A DNA stretch of 51,661 nucleotides from Rhizaria sp. SCN 62-66 (Eukaryota), in contig MEDY01000206.1 of NCBI GenBank assembly GCA_001724265.1, forward strand, positions 1 to 51,661. The letters run 5' to 3'. Below are positions 34,297-43,665 of this stretch, piece after piece. The notes beneath the pieces were generated by a model. The model ran no database searches and was not told where the DNA came from. It saw only the letters and a list, made by a program, of their open reading frames with translations. The translations under genes were made by a program, and so were the position numbers. The stretch's first letter is position 1, and each line of letters begins with the position of its first letter.

Positions 34297-35043
34297 GCCG
34301 CACTACAGTCAGTCGCACAAACAAACATCAGAAGTAACATTTTATTTAGGGAGGTTTATTGAGTTTCAATAGTAATTATATGGTTTAAATCAACGTTTTT
34401 ATGTTTATAATACAAGAAAAATTACATTATATTAAAGTTTTACTCCTACAGTGCTTTATTAAACCTTGATTTACTCTGAAGACAGCGTATGTTAAGGACT
34501 TCACACAGTGATTCTGCAGGCGCGGTGGACGCAGACTGGGACGACGCGTGTGTGGCAATAAACTGATAGTTATCGCTGCGAAACGACTCATAATCGAGTG
34601 GTGTTGATTCGCTTTCAAGTTATGACCTAGTATGATGACTGAGCAACATTACGCAGGAACTAAAATGCATTATTGTTGACTGTGGCGTGTATCCATTGGC
34701 ATTTGAATTCGAGCCGTTTGCCGTTGAAACTATAGTGCAGGAGCTTCCTCTATCTTGTGGCCTGCAGCTTCAGAAGAAACGAATCAAGATATTTCCTTTT
34801 ATTATTGTAGATTTAATTGATGTTGAAACTTGCTACCTACTATTATTTTACGAGATGACGTTCGGGACTATACGGAGTTTGTCTTTTTTTGTTCTCACCC
34901 CGCCCCATTTGAGTGTGCTCCTTTCTTCTATCTGACCCTGCTCTCGTCCTCAGTCCTGTTCACAACTCAGCTGTGCAACACTCCCCGCTTGAAACACGTG
35001 CAAGCGTCTGGCTCCCTGCCCGCTTCCTCTGTGCGCGTGAAGT

Positions 35044-38000
35044 ATGAGCAGCACAGCGTTGCCGGCGCCCCCCGTGCCGTCGCGACCGCGCTCCCACTCC
35101 CCCGCTCCCAACCGCGGCGGCGGAGCAGGCGGCAACTCAACCAACGTGAGCGCTGGCGCTGCAGCGCCCGCCGGCAGCCCGCCCGCTGTCCCCACGCGCC
35201 ACCACAGCAGCAGCATCAGTGACGCATCCCCTCCCGACGCAGCGGCCCGCGCCGCTCATGGTGACGGCCACACCGCTCTCGGGGGCCACACCAAGACTGC
35301 TTCTGCCGCCGATGATGGTGACCACGAGACTCTGGAGGGCTGGCGTGCCCGCGCCCTCGCCGCCGAGTCTCAGCTTGCACTCCTCCGCGCCACCGTCGCA
35401 GCCAACATCCACACTGGCGCTGGCGCTGGCGCTGGCGCTGGCGCAGCTGCGTTATCGCAATCTCGCCTCAGCCCCTCCGGCTCCCGCGGCGGCGGCGCCT
35501 CGTCCGCGCCGCCCCCACCCGTGCTGCCGGATCCGGCGCAGATGTGGCTGTCGGACGACACGCCGTTCTACCGGTCCGCGCTCTCTACGCAGGCGGACCG
35601 CGCGTCGCTGCTGCCCGCGCGCCTCAAGACCGTGTCGGCGACCACGGCCGCGCTCGCCAAGGGGCTTGAGGCCGCCGCCAAGGGCTACCGCGCCGCGGCC
35701 GCCGCGCTGCAGGCCGACCCGCCCGCTGCGGCCGCCGCGCATGGCTCGCACGGCAACGGCGGCAACGGCAATGCGGCGGGCGCGAGCAGTGTCGGCGCGG
35801 ACGGCGGCGGGACCGGCGGCGCCGCGGGCGCGGGCGCGGGCGCGAACGTCCTGGGCGCCAACGGCGAGGCGCTGAGCGAGTGGGACCTGCTGGACGCCCC
35901 CGCACACCTGCCCTGTCCCTCGGCCGCCTCCGCCGCCGTCTCGGTTCTCTCAGGCAACGGCAGCTCGAGCTCAGGCGCTGGTTCTAGCGCTGCGTCGCCC
36001 GCCGCGTCTGCGGCCGCCGCTGCGGCGACGGTGCCCGCGCGCGCGGCCCCCGTGGCGCGCGCGCTGGCGGCGCTGCTGCGGCAGCTGGCCGAGTTCTCCG
36101 ACCAGCTTGCGCTCTCGCTGGCCGTGCTGCGCGTCGACGCCGACGCCTCGCGCACGGCGGCCGCGCGCGCGCTTAAGGCGGCGGGCCACCAGTACGACGT
36201 CGCGCTCGCCGCGTACGAGGCCGTCGTCGACAAGCGCCTCAGCAAGAAGCCGCTCTCGGCCGCCGCGGCCAGCGCGGGTGCGGCGGCGACCGCCGCGGCC
36301 GCTGCGGCGGCGACGGCGGCGACCGCCGCGGCCGCGGGGACGACCGCAGGCGCTACGGCCGCGGCCACGGCGGCTGCGGCGGCCGCTGCGGCGGCGAACC
36401 AGGCGGCTGCCGCGGCGTACGCCGCGGTGCCTGCACTCAGCAGCAGCGGCAGCGGCAACTCCGCGTCAACAGCGGCCTCTGCGGCGGCGGCGGCGGCGGC
36501 CCACACGGGCGACTTCACCGGCTTCGGCAGCGGCGGCGTCGTCAAGGTCGCGCCTTCCTCGCTGGTTACCACGCCCTCGAACGCCGGCGCCGGCAGCGCC
36601 AACGGCTCTAGCGCAGGCTCGAGCGGCGCAAGCACTGCGTCGGACGCGGCGGCGGCTGCGGCAGCCACGGGCACTCCCAGCTCGAGCGCCAGCGCCCCTG
36701 CCACCACCAGCAGCGCGAGCGCGAGCGCGAGTACTCCCGCTGCTGCTGCGGCTGCTACAGCTGCTGCTGCCCTTAGCTCGGCGCCGCTGCCGCCTGCCGC
36801 GGCCGCCGCCGTGTCCTCTGCTGCCGCGACCGCAGCGGCCGATGCCGTCGCGCTCGCGGCCGCGACCGACGCCCGGCGCGCGTTCGAGTCCGCGCGCGTG
36901 GCGTATGTCTCGGCGCTCAACGCCGTGCGCGGGCCACAGCGCACGGCGGCGGCGGAGCTGCTCGTGGGCGCCACGCGTGCGCTGCGGGCGTTCCTCGACC
37001 AGAGCGCGGCCGCCGCGGCAGAGGCGGCAGACGGTGCCGTGCGCGCCGCCGCCGAGGAGCTGGCGCCCGCCAAGGCGGGGTATGTAAGGGTCGATGGGTA
37101 CTTAGACGTCGTTAAGGGGGAGCTCGAGCGCAGGCTTACCGTCGTCCCTTCTAACAACAGCAACAACAGCAGCGCTAGCGCGAGTGTCGCGAACTCTAGT
37201 AGCAGTGCAAAGAGTTTGAGCGCGAGCAACTTCAGCGTCTGCGTCAACCTCGGCGAAGTGCAATCAGGCAGCGCGTCTAACACAAGCAATGGCGCGAGCA
37301 CGAACAGTGCCAGTGCTGCTGCTTCTGCCGCGTGCAACAGCGTCAATCCTACTGTGGGTACCGACATTCTCGACATCTCACTGGAGCCAATTTTTTCGGA
37401 ACTGCGTGCCTACGTGTTCCCGCCTGTGCAGCCGCCTCTGGCGACGCCGCTCGCCAGCACCACCACCATTGCTGAGAAAAACGCGAGCAGGAGCGGCGCT
37501 AGCAAGGACGAGACCGAAGCCAAGGCGCCGGGCGATAGCAAGAGCTCCGACACCATCACTGGTGCCGCGACTGCGTCCGCGCCTGCGGCCGCTGCTGCTG
37601 CGGTGCGCCACTGGCCGCAGCCGGGCTGCCGCGCCTTCGGGCCCACGCCGCCCTGCTCGGCCTACTACGGCGCCGGCAGCGCCAGCGCTGCCAACGCCAC
37701 CGCGAGCAGCGCGCAGCAGTCGGACCCGGCCTCGGCTGTTACCACTCACGTCGACACCAGCGCCAGCATGGGCGCGACCGCGGCAGCCCCGGTGATCTTT
37801 AAGCAGGGCTGGTTGCGCAAGCAGGCGAGCAATTTCACGCGCGAGTGGCAGCGCCGCTACTTTGTCCTCACCAAGGGCCAGCTCGTCTACTTCAAGGAGA
37901 ACTCCTATGCTACGCCGCCCACCGTTGTCTCCAGCAATATCGGCGGCAACAGTAACAGCGCGGCGGCTGCGGCTGCTGCGGCTGCTGCCGCGGCCGCGGC

Positions 38001-39924
38001 CGCTGCCGTTGCCGACGGCGTGTCGCTCGGCGGTCTCAGTCCCAGCACCGCCGTCAGCTCGACATACAACAGCAGCACCAACTCGAGCACGAGCGCCGCG
38101 AGCGCCGTCAGCGCCGTGAGCGCCGCGAGCGTCAGCACCGCGAGCGCGAGCGCCGGCGCCGCCGACCCCGGCGCTAGTGTTGCTGGCGCCGCGAGCAGCA
38201 GCGGCGGCGACGCGCTGACCCCCGCGCTGCTGCAGCTGCAGCCGCACTTGGTGGTGGATGTGCTGCTCTGCACGGTCCGCATCCCGCCTAGCAGCAGCAA
38301 CGCGGGCGCGCTCACCAATGCCAGCATCGCGGACTCGGGCACCGCCGGCGCGGGCGCCAACGCCGCTGCCGGCAACAGCAGCTCGGGCGTGGCCGCGGCG
38401 GGCTCCGGCGCGAGTAGCGCCGGCAGCAGCGCGAACAAGGAGCTAGAGTTCCTCTTCGAAGTGGTGTCGCCGCAGAAGCGCTGCTTCCTGCTGCAGGCGA
38501 GCTCTGAGGCTGAGCGCCAGGCGTGGGTGACGGCGATCCAACAGTGCATCGAGCACGCGCTCGCGTCGGGGACCGCCAAGCGCGCCCCGTCGGTCAATGC
38601 CAGCGGTGCGGGCCCCGCGGGCGGCGCGGACAGCAGTGCGGGCGACGCGGGCAGCAACAGCGACGACTCCGCGGGCCCGACCGCGGGGAACAGAGGGCTG
38701 ACGCTGTTCGCCAGCAACAGCGTCGTCGCGACCAACGCGAGCACTCTCCCAACCAGCAGCATGAGCGCTGCGTCAAGCGGAGACTCAGCTCCTGCTGGTG
38801 GCGGTCGCCGTGCGAGTGCAGCAGTTTCGTCGACGCCGGCCGCCACGAGCGCAAACACAGCCAACACCCCGGCGACAACTGCGGCAACCACAGCTTCAGA
38901 CGCAGATTCGTTGGTCGTTGTGCTGCCTCCCGGCGTTGACCCTAGCGCTAACTCCAGTGCCAGTGTCAGTGCAGGCGCAGCTGCCAGCGCCAGCGCCAAC
39001 ACAGCCGCCGCCGCCGCTGCCGCCGCGGCCACTGCCGCTGCCGCGGCCGCTGCCGCGGTGCCTGCGAGCCAGCGCAAGTTGCTGCCGGCGACGTCGCTGA
39101 TGCCACTGATCACGGCGGCGAATCCGTTCTGTGTGGACTGCGGCGCTTCCGCCCCCGACTGGGCTTGCATCAACACGGGCACGCTCATCTGCATCCAGTG
39201 CTCCGGCGTGCACCGCTCGCTGGGCGTGTCGGTGTCTAAGGTGCGATCGCTGCTGCTCGATGTGTGGGACGCAGAGCTATGCGACCTCATGCTCGCCATT
39301 GGCAACACGGCCTTTAACGCGCTGTACGAGGCCGCCGTGCCATCGTTCCTGTCCAAGCCCACGGCGCAGGCGTCGCACGACGAGCGCGACGAGTACATCA
39401 CGATGAAGTATTTGCGCCGCGCCTTCGTCAGCAAGGCCGTGCTCGTGTCGATGGCCATGCCGCCTCGCAGGCTGCAGCGCGCCGTGCTCGCTGCCGCCGC
39501 GCGCGGACAGCTCATGACGCTGCTGCAGCTCGTCGCCGTCGGCGCCGCGCCCGCGGCCGGCGGCAAGGTCCCGCTCGTCGTGCTCAAGAAGTGGCTCGGC
39601 GACGCCGAGTGCGCCGACGTCGACGACTTCCTCGGCCTTCCCGAGTCGGACTCAGATATGAGTAGCGTCAACGCGAGCGCCACTGGCGACGCCGCTGCTC
39701 CTGGCGCTGGCGCTGGCGTGGGCGCTGTGGAGGACGAGTCTGAGTGGTTTGTGACGACGCCGCTACACCTGGCGGCGTGGGTGCGCGGCGACCCGCACTG
39801 CATCGAGTACTTGCTGCAGAACGGCGCGCGCACCAGCGAGAAGGATGGCGAGGGTGCCACCGCGCTCGAGAGGGCCAAGCAGTCAGGCTTTGCGCGCGCC
39901 GTCGAGAGGCTCAGGAGGCGGTAA
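35044..39924 (+). CDS. ACAP/centaurin-beta-type Arf GAP (BAR-PH-ArfGAP-ankyrin)
   Basis: BAR start DDTPFYR, split PH domain (KQGWLRKQASNFTREWQRRYFVL...FEVVSPQKRCFLLQASSEAERQAWVTAIQ), ArfGAP zinc finger (CVDC...LICIQCSGVHRSLGVSVSKVRSL), ankyrin repeats (TPLHLAA). Intronless, TAA stop. Confidence 0.93.
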   Translation: MSSTALPAPPVPSRPRSHSPAPNRGGGAGGNSTNVSAGAAAPAGSPPAVPTRHHSSSISDASPPDAAARAAHGDGHTALGGHTKTASAADDGDHETLEGWRARALAAESQLALLRATVAANIHTGAGAGAGAGAAALSQSRLSPSGSRGGGASSAPPPPVLPDPAQMWLSDDTPFYRSALSTQADRASLLPARLKTVSATTAALAKGLEAAAKGYRAAAAALQADPPAAAAAHGSHGNGGNGNAAGASSVGADGGGTGGAAGAGAGANVLGANGEALSEWDLLDAPAHLPCPSAASAAVSVLSGNGSSSSGAGSSAASPAASAAAAAATVPARAAPVARALAALLRQLAEFSDQLALSLAVLRVDADASRTAAARALKAAGHQYDVALAAYEAVVDKRLSKKPLSAAAASAGAAATAAAAAAATAATAAAAGTTAGATAAATAAAAAAAAANQAAAAAYAAVPALSSSGSGNSASTAASAAAAAAAHTGDFTGFGSGGVVKVAPSSLVTTPSNAGAGSANGSSAGSSGASTASDAAAAAAATGTPSSSASAPATTSSASASASTPAAAAAATAAAALSSAPLPPAAAAAVSSAAATAAADAVALAAATDARRAFESARVAYVSALNAVRGPQRTAAAELLVGATRALRAFLDQSAAAAAEAADGAVRAAAEELAPAKAGYVRVDGYLDVVKGELERRLTVVPSNNSNNSSASASVANSSSSAKSLSASNFSVCVNLGEVQSGSASNTSNGASTNSASAAASAACNSVNPTVGTDILDISLEPIFSELRAYVFPPVQPPLATPLASTTTIAEKNASRSGASKDETEAKAPGDSKSSDTITGAATASAPAAAAAAVRHWPQPGCRAFGPTPPCSAYYGAGSASAANATASSAQQSDPASAVTTHVDTSASMGATAAAPVIFKQGWLRKQASNFTREWQRRYFVLTKGQLVYFKENSYATPPTVVSSNIGGNSNSAAAAAAAAAAAAAAAAVADGVSLGGLSPSTAVSSTYNSSTNSSTSAASAVSAVSAASVSTASASAGAADPGASVAGAASSSGGDALTPALLQLQPHLVVDVLLCTVRIPPSSSNAGALTNASIADSGTAGAGANAAAGNSSSGVAAAGSGASSAGSSANKELEFLFEVVSPQKRCFLLQASSEAERQAWVTAIQQCIEHALASGTAKRAPSVNASGAGPAGGADSSAGDAGSNSDDSAGPTAGNRGLTLFASNSVVATNASTLPTSSMSAASSGDSAPAGGGRRASAAVSSTPAATSANTANTPATTAATTASDADSLVVVLPPGVDPSANSSASVSAGAAASASANTAAAAAAAAATAAAAAAAAVPASQRKLLPATSLMPLITAANPFCVDCGASAPDWACINTGTLICIQCSGVHRSLGVSVSKVRSLLLDVWDAELCDLMLAIGNTAFNALYEAAVPSFLSKPTAQASHDERDEYITMKYLRRAFVSKAVLVSMAMPPRRLQRAVLAAAARGQLMTLLQLVAVGAAPAAGGKVPLVVLKKWLGDAECADVDDFLGLPESDSDMSSVNASATGDAAAPGAGAGVGAVEDESEWFVTTPLHLAAWVRGDPHCIEYLLQNGARTSEKDGEGATALERAKQSGFARAVERLRRR

Positions 39925-40401
39925 AAGTAAAGCCGCTGCGCATCGGTTCTGTGTGTGCGAATGCACAAAAGTGTGTATTACATGTACGAAATTGAAGTGA
40001 AACGATAAGTGTTAGTTAAGTTTGTGAATCAAGACGATCAATTCTAATAAGATATTTAAACAAAATCAATGAAGATTATGAACCTTACGAGAATGCTATG
40101 TTAATGACAATGGTCAGATAGTGTTTTATTCGGACTACAGCGACAGTTGACACATTGCGTGTCATAATAAACAAGTGGAATTAGCCGTGCATTTTTAAGA
40201 GCAAGGTGACAAGAGTCACTGTGCACGTAAAATACATGAGCACGTTTAAACAAAAATATAGCAGCGGTTGCACTTAAAAAAGACAAACACAAAGCCGAAA
40301 ACGTAAATCATTTAGAGAGGTAATACATCGATCACAAGTAACAAGAGTCGTCGCTTTCATGAAAACATGATGCGACCTCGTTTCACATGCGTGGCTTATC
40401 T

Positions 40402-41740
40402 TCACGGGCGCTCCCAGCTTGCAATGCCGCCCTCGACGAGCGTGAAGAGCGGGTGCAGATCGGGCAGCAGCAGACGGCGCGGCCGCATTGTCTGCTCGCC
40501 ACCTGCAGCAGCAGCCGCCGCCGCCGCCGCTGCGGCCGCCGCCGCCGCCGCCGCAGCAGCAGCAGTTGCCTTTGCGTTTTTCGCCTTGGCTTTGGTGGCG
40601 CCAGTGCCTGGGTTGGCTGCCGCGTCGGCCTGCGCCTCAACCGCGGCGGCCGCGGCCTCGGCCCGAGCGACAACGACGTTCATCGCGGCAGTAACTGCGG
40701 CCGCGGTCTTGGCCTCGGCCTCGGCCCGGAGGACAGCGGCGCTCTGCTGCTGCTGGCGCTTCGAGCCAGCCTTAGAGCCGGCCTTAGTACCAGCGCCAGT
40801 GTCAGCGTTGTCGTCAGTGGAGGCGTTTGTGTACACGCTGACGTCGGTGGTCGTCGCCGGAGTGACCACAAGCGCCGCGTTGGTGTTCAAAACCGCCAGG
40901 TCGCGGATGGCCAGCTTGCGCATCAGGTGTCCCCACTCGTACTCGACCTGGCCCCTGCTCACGGTCATTTGGCCCACGGTCACCGCGTCGCCCACAGACA
41001 GGCTGCCGTCGCTCACGGTCACTTCGCCGCCGCTGCGCGCGGGCTGCTCGCGGTCATGCTGCTGCTGCTGCGGCGGCTGCGGTTGCCGCCGCCACAGCAT
41101 CCTCTTCCCGCGGAAGTCAGCCTCGACCTCATCAGAGTATGAGCCAGTGTCGAGCGAGGCCGCGGCGCGATCGGCCGCCTGTTCCAGCGTGCTCGTGACG
41201 GCGTCAGCCTCAGAGCCAGCAGCAGTGGCGGCGCTACTCGCAGTTGCTGCAGTTGCGGGGTCGGCGTCGGCTGCGGCGACGGTGACGGGGAGGATGCGGG
41301 TGATGTCGAAATTGTAGCCGCGACTGGAAGTGAAAAGCAGGGATTTAGCATGCAAGAGAGAAGCGAAGTGAGTAATTTCCAAGTATAGTGATCGCTAAAG
41401 AACACAAACAGTAATTTCGGACGATACATATGACGGATATAAATAATATTAATATGAATCGAGTCCCAGCATGCGCAACACATCCGCGGCGAGCCATTCG
41501 TGTCGTATGTGAAATGCGGATGTTTCTGCCGTACCGTGCGGCCTCTTGGTGGATAACGTGGAGGTAGGCTGTCATGGCAGCCGTGGGGTTGGCGTGCGCG
41601 CGAAAACGGTCGAGCTGGGGGTGGCGTGTGTAGCCGCGCGTGAGGCCGTGGAGGACCTTCTGGGCGAGCAGCGACTCACGCCACAACGCGACCAACCCAC
41701 GCGTGTCGAGGTAGCGAGGGTGCAGAGACCATAGCCGCAT
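40402..41740 (-). CDS. Pyrimidine-dimer DNA glycosylase / T4 endonuclease V-family protein, prokaryote type (~375 aa)
   Basis: MRLWSLHPRYLDTRGLVALWRESLLAQKVL..GYTRHPQLDRF, RGYNFD, VSRGQVEYEWGHLMRKL, HPLFTLVEGGIASWER. Exons 41740-41535 and 41323-40402 with a phase-2 GTACGG...CAG intron. TGA stop. Confidence 0.9.
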
Positions 41741-42415
41741 AAGACTTTGAACAAGAAACATATTCCGAATTGAACTATATAGTGAGATAAAACCATGAAC
41801 ATTGCTTAGGATAAGAGCTTAGATAGTGGCAAGCCGTTGGTGGCTACGGTTAAGGACTTGCATCTTAGCCCTAATATTGCAGCCAACAAGCACAAGATTT
41901 AACAAAAATAAAGTAGTCATATCATAATTCATGGTTCCAACCGATCTGACGTTAAAACCCACATAGATACTGAAGAGTGATGGGGTTTCTGAGCAGCTTC
42001 TCGGGCATTCGGCCCTTCGTTTTCACTGCCTGTTCTACGGGTTCGTTATGCCGTCCAGGTCATAGATGAGAGAACATAAATGAGGATACAATAATAATCC
42101 GTTACAAAAGCAGTATTTTTAGGAAAGCTATAGTATTATTACGAACAATGCACTGAGAGCAGCGAGTGACAAGTTGAGGATCCCGAAGCTTCATCAACGG
42201 GTGGAACACCGTCAATAAAAAGGGACTAAAAGGATTACTTTCGAGAGAAGCACCGGCAGGCTTGACTGATGAGAGACCGAGTGCGAGGGCATTTTGACGG
42301 TCTCATGCGCGATACAGACTGCATACAATAGTTGTGAAGACATTTCCCGATATAGCCATTGCCATACTAACTTTGTATTTTTTATTTCATTCCTGTTTTG
42401 TTGCGAATAGCGGAT

Positions 42416-43151
42416 ATGTTTCGTGCTACTGCTGTCGTCAGCAAGGGCCTGCCCCGCGAGCCCATCATGAACCGCGCCATGCGCGGCCTCTACCACGGCA
42501 AGGTACGTACACACTTCTTTTCATATCTAAACATAATTAGACCGCTCCACCTACCTATTTTACATATTGCCGTTTCATCACACTGTTGTCTTCTGCTTCA
42601 ACTTGCTGCTGCTGTTCCGCCGCTCGCTCACCCCACGCCTCCGCTTTCTTTTACCCCCCATTCGCTCTCTTGCCCCTGCCCCGCTTCTTCCCTCTTTGCA
42701 TCCACTTTGCGTCGCTTTCTCACAGCACATTGTGTTCGGCAACCGTCGCTCGCACTCCGAGATGAAGACGCGCCGCACGTGGAGCCCGAACGTGCAGATC
42801 AAGACGTTCCAGTCCCAGGTTCTGGGCCGCTCTTGCCGCTTCAACGTCACCGCCAAGGCGATCCGCTGCATCGACAAGGCGGGCGGCTTCGACAACTACA
42901 TCCTGCGCACCAAGGACGAATACCTGGGCTACGCCGGCTCGCGCGGCGTCGAGCTCAAGCACGCCATGCTCTAGCGCCTGGGTCTGCCGGCCGACGCGCG
43001 CTCCGAAGCCGTCACCGCCAAGATCCGCGCGCGCATGGGGCTGCCCGAGGTGCCCGTTGACTTCGCCAACATCGCCGCCGTCGCCGCGTCCACCGCGTCT
43101 GCGCCCCTCGCTGACGCCGCCGCGCCCGCTGCCGCCACGCCCTCCCAGTGA
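42416..43151 (+). CDS. MRPL28: Mitochondrial ribosomal protein bL28m with in-frame TAG at 42972-42974
   Basis: RAMRGLYHGK|HIVFGNRRSHSEMKTRRTWSPNVQ...TAKAIRCIDKAGGFDNYIL. Exons 42416-42502 and 42726 onward. The frame continues 58 codons past the TAG to TGA at 43149-43151. The CDS ends at 42974 if the TAG is a true stop. Confidence 0.9.
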
Positions 43152-43665
43152 ATGTATCAAAGCTGTTACGTCAGCGTGAGAGAGGGAAGCAGGCAAGGAA
43201 GCGAATTAAACTCGTCAGTCTGAGGCAAGAGCGAGAGCGCAAGCGTCACGAATAAGTGGGCGTAGAAATGACGTCCTGTTACTCGTTATGTTGTCAAATA
43301 TATAATAGCAAAGAAGGGCCAGGCCAAGGACACACAGTCATTCAGTCGCAGTCTTGATATGCTGGTGCTGGTACTGACTGTATGTCTGCTACATTATTAC
43401 TAAACAAAATAACAATATTATTTTGGTGCTGTGGTTCATTCCGTATATCTTTTTGATCAAAGGAAAGCACGCGCGCATCAAAACAGAATACATAAGCAAC
43501 TTCAACTACTCGGCAATTCAGACTGCCCCATAATACCATGCTGTACTCAAGTTCATACGATGTATTATTCTCGTTTAAAGGCTATGTAATTCTTACATTG
43601 TCGTTTCTAAGTATCATTCGCATTCGCATATAGCAAATGTTGCTGTCTGCGTCGCGTCTCATCGG

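Noticed and set aside
6479..39924. Ciliate-like TAR=Gln code or frequent TAG sense usage
   Set aside because: TAA clearly terminates seven genes, and long Gln- and Leu-rich ORFs contain no TAG. Only rare or context-specific use remains possible.
42078..42158. Possible box C/D snoRNA (ATGAGGA...CTGA) between the glycosylase and bL28 genes
   Set aside because: Imperfect C box, no convincing terminal stem or identifiable guide; would need an Infernal/snoscan hit.
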